Positions 9,500 through 20,800 of a stretch of 64,000 nt of DNA are shown piece by piece. Position 1 is the stretch's first letter. Every line of letters begins with the position of its first letter. The stretch comes from an uncultured Clostridia bacterium (GTDB lineage Bacteria > Bacillota > Clostridia > Christensenellales > CAG-917), in NCBI GenBank assembly GCA_947165815.1, contig CAMVBZ010000001.1, forward strand, positions 3,633 through 67,632, given 5' to 3'. The notes under the pieces were generated by a model that saw only the letters and a list, made by a program, of their open reading frames with translations, had not been told where the DNA came from and did not search any database. A program made the position numbers and the translations under genes.

Positions 9500-12160
9500 T
9501 TATGAAGACTTTTTTTCTTCGAATAATTGTGCAACTTTTGCAGATGCTATGATGTTGATGCTAGTTCTGCTTTGAGGACCTGTGATAATAAATGCACTAC
9601 CACGATTATTATTGATAATTTGATCTTGTTCTGTTGCGTTGATATTACCTGCCTTACTATACAATGTGCACAAGTCATCCATATCGTTTGGAGATAGTGC
9701 AAAAATGAATGAATATTGGCAAGCATTAATAATTGCTGTGGACTTTCTAATAATATCTTGACTACCTACAAAGTCCTTAATATTTTGTGTAATGATAATT
9801 TGCATACCATTATACTTTCTAATACGCTTTGCAAGTTGATACATAAAGTCCAACGCTATTGGGTATTTTGGATCGATAAATACGTGAGCTTCATCGATTG
9901 CTACAATAATTTTTCTATTTGTTTTATATTTTAAGTTAAAATCTCTGTTTTTGATAATTTCATTATCAAGCCATTTTAAAACGAGTAACATTTGCGCATT
10001 TGCAATTACCCCATTTTTATTTGCAAGTAAGCTTTGGAAATTGAATACAGCAAAGTTTTCTTTAACAGAAAGTGTACTTGGACCATTCCATAGATTTGCA
10101 TTTCTGCCTCCTGAAGAGAACTTAGAAATAAAGTTTTTAAGTACTCGGAGATTTTCTACTTCATATGGTACGGTTGCTATTTCTAGTTGTTCCAAAATAA
10201 ATGCATATAAATCATCAAATATTGGATACTCTTCCGCTTTAATTTTAGAGAAATCAGAGTCTGCTGTTATGCCCTTCTTTGCATATAAATCAACAATAAG
10301 GTTGTTTAGCATTTCAAGCGCATGAGCATCAATACCTGGTAATATTTCACGGAAGAATTGCTCTAAGAATTGTAGGTGTACCGAGAAGGAATTACCTGCA
10401 TTCTCTGCGTCTTCATCGGCATCTAATGTTGTAATAACATGGAATGGATTAATTCTACCATGTGTGGCTGTGCCGACATCAATAAGTTTTCCACCGATAT
10501 TCTCTGCCATAATATCATACTCGTTTTCTGGGTCGAGAATGAATATCTTACAGTTTTCGGTAGCTAAGTGTGTCAATAATGTTTTGGTTGAATATGATTT
10601 ACCTGAACCAGATTTACCCATAATAACCATATTTGAATTGACACGTTCATTGTTTCTTGCGAAGAAATCTACGATAACTGGGAATCCTTTACTTTCTCCA
10701 ATTGTAATGCCTCCCTTTTCCATAATTGTGGATAATACAAATGGGAATACTGCTGCAATTGAATTAGAGTGTATTGCACGTTGGAACTCTGTCATAACGT
10801 CAATTTTGGATGGATTCATAGAAATCATCGCACGGCTTTGGTTACAAAAGTTATCTGAAATTTCAAAACCTTGTTCTGCAAGTACACGAAGTACACGCTT
10901 TTTAAGGTCTTTCTTCTTTTCTTTTGTACGATTATAAAGTGTTACGTGAATGTTAACTTTATAAAGATTCTCATTGTCATTCTTTAAAAGCGCAAGTAAT
11001 TGAACTAATGTATTAATGTGTGTTGTTCTATCGATAACGGAACTTGCCTTATAGGATTGATCACTTTGTGAAAGTAGTTCTTGCAAAGATCTATCAATCA
11101 TTTTGACTGCCTTATCTTTGTCATAAGGCTCCATATTCATAACAACCTTTGTATCTTCAATATTAAAGAGTTGATAACCCCAAGCATTACCTACAGCAAG
11201 TGGATAATTACGAATAGTAAAATTGAAGCACTCTTCACCATCAACAAATGTACTCCTAGATGTGAAACTAATTTGTTCAGGCAGTACCCAATTCATATAT
11301 TCTCTTTCGTCTAAGTTCTCGATATCTTCTTCGTTAAACTTATCTGTATAATTGTATTTTAAGAATACGCAGATTTCTTTATCATTTAAGATATGAGATT
11401 TCATACCTGCTTCTGAAAATGTTTCTATTGCATTGGACAAGACTTCATCAATAACACCCTTATCTGCGTCATATACAATAAGATAGAATCCAGGGACCAT
11501 AATTTTGTCGTCACCTGTTGAGTTCAAGTTATTGTAAACTTCTATTCTATCTTGAATAACTTTTTCTCTAACAAATAATTCTTGCTCTGTTAGTTCACCT
11601 GCATCATAAGTTTTCTTAAGGTCTTCTCTCTTAAGTTCTTCCATGGCAATAAAATCGTCTAAACGCATCTTCTTATCTATCTTGATTAAAGATGCACGTG
11701 TCTTGCCAGAAATTGTACGAATAATTTTACCAAAATAGTTGTTTATAATTTGGTCTTGTCTAAATCTAGTAAGTAGTCTGAATTCTCTACAACCGATTTC
11801 AAGTACACCGCCATAGTATCCATCAAACTCCATATAACCATTACGGATGTTTTTAAAAGCAAAGAAACTCTTTATATTGGATGCGCTTTCGACATCTTGA
11901 ACAACAAATTTTTTACCGGAGAATAAATATCTTATGAATGTTTTAAAGAATAGATAGAATCTTTGTCCATCATATGGAATATATAAACCTATTGCTATAC
12001 ACAATATAATTGCTGCAATAAAGAATCTTGCGATGCCTATATTGCTTAAACAAATAACAACTATCAAAACTATAGCTATTAGGGCAATCAATATGTCCGC
12101 AACAGATATGTTTTTGAAAAATGTGACTTTAACTTTCGCTGTTTTTGGTATAACTCTCAT
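9500..12160 (-). CDS. VirB4/TraE-type T4SS ATPase with a fused N-terminal two-TM (VirB3-like) segment
   Basis: Walker A MGKSGSGKSYSTK, Walker B IIVAIDEAHVFID, and the IIITQNIKDF motif. The first roughly 85 aa contain two hydrophobic helices. AAGGAAAG RBS. Confidence 0.8.
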   Translation of the reverse strand: MRVIPKTAKVKVTFFKNISVADILIALIAIVLIVVICLSNIGIARFFIAAIILCIAIGLYIPYDGQRFYLFFKTFIRYLFSGKKFVVQDVESASNIKSFFAFKNIRNGYMEFDGYYGGVLEIGCREFRLLTRFRQDQIINNYFGKIIRTISGKTRASLIKIDKKMRLDDFIAMEELKREDLKKTYDAGELTEQELFVREKVIQDRIEVYNNLNSTGDDKIMVPGFYLIVYDADKGVIDEVLSNAIETFSEAGMKSHILNDKEICVFLKYNYTDKFNEEDIENLDEREYMNWVLPEQISFTSRSTFVDGEECFNFTIRNYPLAVGNAWGYQLFNIEDTKVVMNMEPYDKDKAVKMIDRSLQELLSQSDQSYKASSVIDRTTHINTLVQLLALLKNDNENLYKVNIHVTLYNRTKEKKKDLKKRVLRVLAEQGFEISDNFCNQSRAMISMNPSKIDVMTEFQRAIHSNSIAAVFPFVLSTIMEKGGITIGESKGFPVIVDFFARNNERVNSNMVIMGKSGSGKSYSTKTLLTHLATENCKIFILDPENEYDIMAENIGGKLIDVGTATHGRINPFHVITTLDADEDAENAGNSFSVHLQFLEQFFREILPGIDAHALEMLNNLIVDLYAKKGITADSDFSKIKAEEYPIFDDLYAFILEQLEIATVPYEVENLRVLKNFISKFSSGGRNANLWNGPSTLSVKENFAVFNFQSLLANKNGVIANAQMLLVLKWLDNEIIKNRDFNLKYKTNRKIIVAIDEAHVFIDPKYPIALDFMYQLAKRIRKYNGMQIIITQNIKDFVGSQDIIRKSTAIINACQYSFIFALSPNDMDDLCTLYSKAGNINATEQDQIINNNRGSAFIITGPQSRTSINIIASAKVAQLFEEKKSS

Positions 12161-12182
12161 AGATTATTCTTTCCTTAATATC

Positions 12183-13589
12183 TTAATCTTCGTTTTCTTC
12201 TTCTTCAGATGCTTCTGAAATAGTGTCAAGTCCTCCTGGAGGCGATGGCTCATTAGTGAGTGCTTCGGTAATTTGATTTGCAGTCATTTCATTGAGTTTT
12301 TCTTTGCCGAAGTTGAAGTTGTTTACATCAGCTTCACGTGAGCCTCCACCAGTTGTCTCTCCACCATTTGCATTATTTCCAGGTGTTGAGGTATCATTAT
12401 TCTTCAACTTGTCTTGTACATTGTCAGAATTGCCGTATTTTGGATTTGCGTCAAGACCGTCGCCACTATTTCCATCATCCTTCTTGCTTTCGTCGCCGTT
12501 GCCTTCACCTTTGCTGTCGTCTTTACCTTCAGCTTTACCTCCAGTTTTTCCACCAAACAACTTTTTACCACCTGCCATAACTCCTTTGCCTAGGAGTTTA
12601 AGACCACCCATTGCTGCTGCTGCACCGAGACGACCAAGAGATTGATCCATGAGTTCACGTGAACCAGCTCCAGGTCCAACAAGGTTACCAATGAGAGCAG
12701 ATGATCTTTGCATTGCAAAGCCACCACCAATGATTATTAACAATTTGAAAATGCTGTTTAGGAACGAATTATCAAAGAATATTACGTTGGATGGCATTAT
12801 CAACGATATCAGTAAACAATAAATATTTAGATATAGAATAATTCCATATCCAGATATGAACTTGAGGAGAAGTTGTTCTCTCCATAGCTTGAAACGTCCA
12901 CCATCATCTAATACTGATGAAGCAATTGAGAATGGTGAAACCAAGAACAATACACCAATACTGATAGCACGGTCTACGAATTGAATGAGTGCGGCTGTAA
13001 GGACTAATAAAAGGGAAATACCAGTAATCCAAGAGAAAATAAAGTCAAAGTCTGAAATGTCGATTGCTGATGCAACCAAATCTGTATCAAGATATAAATC
13101 ATATCCAGACATAATTTCATTATAAACAGACTGATTTTCAATTGCATCTTGAGAGAATGCCCCGAATAAGAATGTTCCTAATCCTTGTGAACCATTCAAA
13201 GTTGCTTGATATAATGCATTCATTAATGTATTGAGTGCCCATACAAGTGTTAACATTATTAATGGTACAAAGAAGAACAAAAGTAATGCCTTGAAAGCTT
13301 TCCCGGCTACTTGTGCAGGAGAAATTTCTTGTTTAGATTTCATACATACAAGGATAATCCTAAAAATTGTAAAGAAAACTAAAACAACAAAACCAAGTAT
13401 TGCAGCAATCTTAAAACCATTAGCTAAAGCATCACTTCTCAATAAAAAAGAAATGAGATCAGTTTCAGTCCCACCAATATTAACAGTTTCAATGCCGCAC
13501 AATTTGTTTGTACAAGCTATTAATCCGTCAATTAAACGTAATAAGGATTTTGAAATTCCATATAGAAACTCCCAAAACCAATCAAACAT
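12183..13589 (-). CDS. Polytopic membrane protein, VirB6/TrbL-like by topology and context, with a G/K/D/N-rich disordered C-terminal tail
   Basis: About 6-7 TM helices followed by a roughly 130-aa low-complexity tail. Positioned immediately upstream of the VirB4-like gene. No diagnostic motif, so the assignment is contextual. Confidence 0.45.
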   Translation of the reverse strand: MFDWFWEFLYGISKSLLRLIDGLIACTNKLCGIETVNIGGTETDLISFLLRSDALANGFKIAAILGFVVLVFFTIFRIILVCMKSKQEISPAQVAGKAFKALLLFFFVPLIMLTLVWALNTLMNALYQATLNGSQGLGTFLFGAFSQDAIENQSVYNEIMSGYDLYLDTDLVASAIDISDFDFIFSWITGISLLLVLTAALIQFVDRAISIGVLFLVSPFSIASSVLDDGGRFKLWREQLLLKFISGYGIILYLNIYCLLISLIMPSNVIFFDNSFLNSIFKLLIIIGGGFAMQRSSALIGNLVGPGAGSRELMDQSLGRLGAAAAMGGLKLLGKGVMAGGKKLFGGKTGGKAEGKDDSKGEGNGDESKKDDGNSGDGLDANPKYGNSDNVQDKLKNNDTSTPGNNANGGETTGGGSREADVNNFNFGKEKLNEMTANQITEALTNEPSPPGGLDTISEASEEEENED

Positions 13590-13601
13590 TATCTCTCTCC
13601 T

Positions 13602-14471
13602 CTATTTCGAATTAATCAGTATTGCCGTTATCCTTACTTCAACCTTTTCGTATGGAAATTTGGTTTTTTCATAAGTTGCCTGCGCTTCTTCGAAATCTTT
13701 TTCTCCGACATTCTTGTCTGCCGTTGCCTCAGAAAGTGCGTTCATGGCGACATTTCTTTCCTCTTGAGTCGCAGATGGATTATTTAGTACAGCCTGGTAT
13801 GCATCATACTTCGCTTGATATTCTTCTAATACTCTTTGATACTCCTTTTGAGCTTCTTCATATAATATTAGTGCTGGATCATAACAGTTGTTGTCCAATC
13901 TCAATACTACGTATTGTCCAGCTTGAATATCATGTCTCTTAGTTGTTACTTCTCCATCTGTCCATGATTTTAAGTAAGCCACTGACCATTTATTAGCTAC
14001 TCCGTTTAAGTTGCAGGTAGCATGTCCTATGGCCCTACTTACATTAGGTTCATCGCTTTCGTCCTTTGAATATCGACCGCCCTCTCCTGTGTATACTTTT
14101 GGTGGTACTTCGTCATCGTTCAAAATGAAATAAGAAACTGTTAATGTCTCTTGCCTTGTCGATTCGAAGTGTACTGCAATTTCTCCTAGCGAAAGGTCTC
14201 TATCGACTTTGATGAATAGATAAGAATAGTAATCTCTTTCATCTTCATCCATCGGTGATTCAAATTTATTGACTGCGTTCTTATTATAGAAATCTTCCAT
14301 CGTATAATAAGTCACATCAGCAGATCCATCAATTACTCCAACTTCAGGATAAGCTTCGCAATAATCCTCATCATCCTCCGTCCCTTCGCCAAGATCAAAG
14401 CATCCAGACAAAGTAAATGATAAAACTACTATGCAAATTAATAATAGGAAATACCTAATCTTAATATGCAT
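13602..14471 (-). CDS. Lipoprotein with a C-terminal coiled-coil region, T4SS-associated
   Basis: Signal peptide with lipobox LSGC. Its start overlaps the stop of the upstream 99-aa gene by 11 nt. C-terminal segment EEAQKEYQRVLEEYQAKYDAYQAVL. Confidence 0.65.
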   Translation of the reverse strand: MHIKIRYFLLLICIVVLSFTLSGCFDLGEGTEDDEDYCEAYPEVGVIDGSADVTYYTMEDFYNKNAVNKFESPMDEDERDYYSYLFIKVDRDLSLGEIAVHFESTRQETLTVSYFILNDDEVPPKVYTGEGGRYSKDESDEPNVSRAIGHATCNLNGVANKWSVAYLKSWTDGEVTTKRHDIQAGQYVVLRLDNNCYDPALILYEEAQKEYQRVLEEYQAKYDAYQAVLNNPSATQEERNVAMNALSEATADKNVGEKDFEEAQATYEKTKFPYEKVEVRITAILINSK

Positions 14472-14760
14472 ATCCTTGCCACCAGTCAGTGAATATTGTT
14501 ACGCCGACTTGTAACATGATTAACAACACGAAAATAAGCACAAATCCAACGATTGCATGTTGAAGTGCTTTCTTTGCATTCTCATGTTCTTGTGGTTCAC
14601 TGGCACGTGCGTACTTTACTCCAAGTAAAATACAGAAAATTGCACCTACTGCTCCTACTACTGCTAATAATGCAGGAACGAGAATCTTGCATACTTCAAG
14701 AATTGGGGCAATGATTTTGTTCATTTCCGCTGTTGTCATACTAATAAGTGTTAGCATCAT
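14461..14760 (-). CDS. Small two-TM protein, pilin-like (VirB2/TrbC-like) by size and topology
   Basis: 99 aa with two hydrophobic helices separated by a charged loop (KYARASEPQEHENAKK). AAGGAAG RBS. First gene after the conserved promoter element. Confidence 0.45.
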   Translation of the reverse strand: MMLTLISMTTAEMNKIIAPILEVCKILVPALLAVVGAVGAIFCILLGVKYARASEPQEHENAKKALQHAIVGFVLIFVLLIMLQVGVTIFTDWWQGYAY

Positions 14761-14792
14761 AATTCTTTTCTTCCTTCTAAATTATTTAATAT

Positions 14793-14828
14793 CATTGTAA
14801 CACACGAAGTATTACAAATTTATTACAA
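14793..14828 (-). promoter_or_regulatory. Conserved promoter/operator element, copy 1 (upstream of the pilin-like to VirB4 sub-operon)
   Basis: Minus-strand TTGTAATAAATTTGTAATACTTCGTGTGTTACAATG. It has two TTGTAATA direct repeats 11 bp apart, an inverted TTACAA, and an extended -10 TGTTACAAT, with no -35 at 16-18 nt. 35/36 identical to 36468..36503. Confidence 0.65.
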
Positions 14829-14836
14829 CATATTTT

Positions 14837-17800
14837 TTATACTTTCTTTCTCTTTCTCAAGAAGAGAACGATTGTAAATCCTATTGCTATCAATAGACAT
14901 ATAACTATTATTACTATTGTTGTTGGTACATTAGCCGTATATTGACGTGTGAATTCAAATACTTGTTCATTCCCTGCAGCATTTGTAATGACTATTCTGT
15001 AATCACCTTTTTCTTTAATTTCTGGCATCTTTGTAGATGAAGATGTTACAAATATTTCTTCTGACAATGAACCATTCTTATATACTCTAATTACATCACC
15101 AATTTGGCAATTTTCTAATGTAACATTATCTATTGTTAAGGATCCATCCTCTGCACCAATTAATTTTGCTTGAGGTGGAGTCTTGTCTATAACAACATCA
15201 AATTCAAAGTAAGCTGAACTTACTGTTGATGCAACTGTAACATGATATGTACCTGTTTCATCAAATAGCATCGTTGAATTCATCTTGTTTACATTATGTT
15301 TAACTAAGTTTGCATAAGATACCAAGATACCATCTCCAGCATCAAATATAACCTCAGTAATTTTATATGCGTATGGTGATTCATAGTCAAATTTAGATAT
15401 TGCATTTGGTACTGCATAGAAATAGTAATATGCTTGATTTCCAATATCATCTATAATGATGAATTCCCATTTACCAGCATCACCGAAACCAGCACTACTT
15501 GCGATATCATATTCAACACCGTTGAGAACTGCAAGGTTAATTTTTGCTGAATCTTTATTCATTGCCATGAATCTTGCACTTCCTTGCATAATAACACTAC
15601 CATTCTCTACTATTCTATCTGTGCCAGTATAAACGAATGTGAATTCTACCATCGTATCTTTCTTAACTACTGCAGATTGTACATTTCCAGCAATATCTGT
15701 TATATAGAAACGATATGAACCATCTTTTGTTAATTTTTCACCTAATGAATATGGAATTAATTCACTACCGTTTAATGAGTATTCGCATTTTACAGAATCT
15801 GGGAATTCAATAGCGACATTATCTTTTGTCATCTTGACTTCATTGATTTCAACAATCTTCATGAGTTTTGTTAAATCGATTTCTAATTGCTTACGAATAA
15901 GGTTGACTTCGAATGTATACTTGAAGCCATATTCATCTACATAAGTTACATTCTTCTTATACTCACCTGTATCCTCTCCATCTGATGGATAACGAAGTGT
16001 GAGTGGCATATCTGCCTTATCTCCGTCTACACGGATTTCAAATATTCCAGCACTTGTTTCAAATGTTACACTGTAGTTGGAATAAACCTTATTATCAGTA
16101 CCTTCAGCAAACTCAATGTTTTCTGCATCACGAGATGTACGAATTAATCTAGAAACTTTTAGTGTCTTATTGCCCATATAATGCAATGTAGTGTTTGTTA
16201 CATTACCATTTTCATTACGCATTCTTAATACATATACACCATCACCCTTTGAACCGATGATGTCTGTAATGCGCTCTGCAGTAACTGGAGTACCTTCGTC
16301 TTTAAGTATGTCAAAGATAACTGTTTCTTCGTTGTCATAAAGCATTGAGACTTGCATAATGCCATCTGCAATCATCTTCTCTGCATTTATAGAGAGTTTC
16401 TTGTTGCTATAACCATCTTCTTTTCTTAATGCATCTTCATTATATCCAGTTAAATAATCATGTTTGAATTCAAATGGTTTGTCTTTAATTTCAAAATCTA
16501 TAACTATCTCATTTTGGAATTGATCTCTAATAGTGAGATGATATTTGCCTGGTGTAGACCATGAAACTGAACATACACCACCTATTCCCATAATAATTCC
16601 ACCATCTAGATAGATTTCATCACGAATAGAATTGTATTCAATCCATTCAGTATAGACATCAATAGAAACTCTTTCGTTAGATTTATAAGTTGATCCACTT
16701 ACAACTGCATGTTGAACTGAATAATCATCTATAAAGTCAGTTGTTATAATAGCTCTTAGTTCATTTGACATTGTTACTAAGAATTCTGCAACTCTTCCGT
16801 AAATATTGACTACAACTACAGAATAGAATCCTTCTTCAGTGAATATAACTTGTTGATAACCATTATTTAAGTCATAAATTGTTTGATAATCACTGAATTC
16901 TCTTGTCAAAGAGTATGCAACTGATATTTCTGTGATATTTGTGAATGAAGTCTCTGCGACAAAGAAACCACCATTCAAGTAAATTACTTGCTCTGTTGAT
17001 TGTGGTATGATTTGTTTTTCAGCAACATCGTCACCAATATGTTCAAAAGTGATTGATGGCAATTCTGCACTCATTACAACCTTTGCAAAATAAGGTTGAT
17101 AATCACTATTGTATACGATTCTCATTGAAACAGTTGCTTCACCTACAGCTGGTGCATCTACATGATAGTAAACATTATTATTCTCATCAAATCTAACTGA
17201 GATAGTTACTCCGGCATTGTTTTCGTCTGCCAATACAAATGACTTTCCTGCTTCAACTTCTGCCATATTAGAAACAATTGTTGCATAATAGATTTGTTGA
17301 TATAATAAGATTTCATTGTCATAGTCATCGTATAGTGGATTGCCTTCTTCGTCTGTCAATCTGATTAAACGATAAGCAACTTCATACAATGCACCATTTA
17401 CACTTTCATATGCAAGATATTTCTTTTCGCCATTTTTCTCTACAAAGATAACAATCTTACCACTTCCGGAATACATAAATTCCATATTTTCATATGAATA
17501 CGCATCTGCAGGATAGTAATAACTATCATTTTCTATTGTGATTGCATCTGCTGGAGATAGTTTGATATCTTTTACGTTGCCATCAACAGTAAATTCAAAT
17601 TTGTTTGCATCATAGTTTGCAAAAGTGAATTCACTTTGATTTCCAAGTGTATCTCTTGCAACAATACGATATTCACCGAAACGATTGATTGTAATGTTAT
17701 TTACACCTTCGCTTTCGCTATATTCACGGATCATAACTCCGTCCAAATAAATCTCAACTTCACTACAAATTGATTTATCATCAAATGATAATGTCAAAAG

Positions 17801-20800
17801 TGTTGAGTAAATTGTTGAGTTAGCACGTACTGCTTTAGATATTGTCTTTGTAACACCAAAGTAAATATTATCTGGTACAAAATATTCTGGACTTGATGAA
17901 GTAAGATTACTTTGATTTGCTTCTTCTATTTGCTTTTGATCATAATATTTAACAACGTCTTGTCTTGCACTAACATTAATGATTGGTGCAGTTTGGTCCA
18001 TTATGCAATTATATACAATATATATTTCTGGATAACGTGCATATCTAATTGTTAACTTCCAGTCTACTGCATCGTTAATGTTAACACGAGTTTTTCCATT
18101 GAACTCACGTGCTGTTGTAGATATTGAACGATCATAGAATTCATATTCATATTCTTCTGATGTATCAAATGTGAACATCAAATGTTTGTTAGTTACTATT
18201 GCATATTCTCTTTCAGCTGACTTTTGAATCTTTAAACATGATTGTGAGCCGTCATATGCAATATAATTATCATCTTCTTGATAGAACCAAGAAATTTTTG
18301 GTAATTCACGCTTTAATTCATAGTCGTAATAGAATGTATTACCAAACCAGTCTTCAATACGAATTGAATAAATACCTGATTGATAATATGTAACTGAAGA
18401 TGAATAGTTGGATTCGATCAACTTATTATCTAAATAAATTTCAAACAACTTAATCTCAGATGTATCTCTATTACATGTAATACGTACATAACGATTCTCT
18501 TCTGGAATCACTTTTACTTCCAATGGTGTGGAGTTCAAAGAAACATATACCTTGTACATATTTCCAGAACGGTCTGCAATTTCTAAGTAGTATTGACCTT
18601 CTCCTACTTCTATTCCTGCTGCTGGAATATCTTCTCTACGATATACATTAAGTAATACACCATTCTTCTTAAATACAGCGATGTAAGACATTGTATCTAT
18701 TTCTGTTGCAGTTGAGCTAAATCCTTTGATAGTTAGAACTTTACCATTGATTGTCATGCCATCTACTGCTGCATCAAGTTCACGATCAATGCTATCACCC
18801 TTTGCATTCTGATAAGATACATTAATTGTTGGTGCGGACTTATCAAGATATACCTTATAATCTCTTACACCATTTTCATCACATTCGCGAATCCAATATA
18901 CACCACCATCTATGTTCAAACTGCCAAATACACTTCCCTCTGGCAACAACTTAAATTCTCTTGATATTGGTGCACCAGATGCATCTGTTTGATTTGTATA
19001 GAATATCTTTGTAAATTTTCCATATGTGAAGTTATATGTTGTTACTAATGAACAAACCAAATCTTCACCTGCTGGCAATACGTGACTATTATAAATATCT
19101 ACATCCCCTTCAAATACAACAGCATTTCTAAGTTCTGCTCCTGCATTTGTTACAAAAGATGTTAATCTATTAAGGACTATTTGATTCTTATCTAAATATG
19201 GTGAACCATTAGCATCTAATCCATCATTTCCGCTTGTTAAATAAGTATATCCACCTTTATCTACAATTGTATCTGTTACTTGTCCAATAGCAGTTGCTAA
19301 AGAGTTAGGCAAACGTTCTGGGTCTATTTCTGAACTTGTGCCAAGGAAATAATATACCCAAGCATCAGAAGATGTTGCATTATCCCATGTTGCACGCTTA
19401 TAACGAACCCATACTTGTCCTACAGAAGCAGTAACTGAAGCATCTAATGCTGCCTTTCTATAACTACCATCACCTGTATTCAAAGATGTGGCTTGGGAAG
19501 TGGTCCTAATTTCAAAAATTCCAAGATCTAGCATCTCATGGTATTTAACATATTCAACAGCCTTATCTCTTGAAGAGAATGCCATTAATCTTGTTGTGTC
19601 ATTATAGTTCTTTTGACGTACACCTTCTCCGTTATGATAATAATATGTTGAGGAATTAAGCATATAAACTTTGTTAATAAACAAAGTACCACTACCTGTT
19701 GCTAAGTAATTATATGTCTCGGCCTTATCCGTACCATTTGTCAAATAGAAGATAACATCTGATGATTCTTGAATTGTATGGTTTTCACCAGTACCAGATA
19801 TTGCCTTGAAGTTAATACGTACAACACCAATAACACTTGTCTTAAATTGAATGTGTACACCATCTATATCTGAAGTATACTCTATGTAATCTTCAAATTT
19901 GGCTTCCGCTATTTCTTTCTCTCCAATATACAAATGATTAATATCATATTCATCTGCTTGTCTTGAGAATGAGAAATCAAATGTTGGAGAACCTCCAGCT
20001 ATGTTATATACAGGAACTGAATCCGCATCAAAGAATGGCTCCTTAGATGAAGAAACTTCTACTTCAACTTCAGATCTAGCATCGAAGTTAACAATGGTTG
20101 GATAGAATGTATATGTTGAGATAGACGCTGAATTGCCTATTCCATCAACAGCATAGAATGCCAATGTTACATCCTTTTGTTCTTCTTTTTGAATACCTAA
20201 CATCTCATATGTTAGTAAGAAGACTACTCTATTGTTTTCAGAGATTGTGATACGATTACTCTTTTCATCTCCATTGATATCATAAAGTTTTAATATTTGA
20301 GGTACATCCTCACCCTTGAACAAGTAATACATATATACTTGTGCAACTCCTGAAGAAGCTTCTCCTCTTGGTTCGTCATTTACATAGAATACAACATTTC
20401 TTTCTTTCAATCCCTTTGTTGCTTCCTCTATTGTAAGTCCTGTAAATGTAGGAATTGAGTTATCGAACAAGAATGGACCATATGTCATTGTAGCAACTTT
20501 GCCATATACACTTTCCATGTAAATATGGAGATAGTAAATGCCAGAGAATCCTTTAGCTTCCAACATGACCTTTTGTTCAGAGGATGTTAATACTAATTGC
20601 TTTTCATATATTGCTGGTGCATCACTCTCAACTGTCCATGAATATTCCATTATTGCACCAGGTGCTGTTTTTGTAATCTCAATAGGTACTGATGCATTTC
20701 TTTGAGGTTTTGCAGAAATATAATAACTGCTATCTATTGTAATAGATGGAATACGTGTATCTAATGAACATGCATTATCCCATTCTGTATCTCTTGGTAG

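Noticed and set aside
12292-12645. Proline/serine-rich 117-aa and 80-aa plus-strand ORFs
   Set aside because: They are antisense readings of the G/K/D-rich tail of the VirB6-like gene. This is a compositional artefact.
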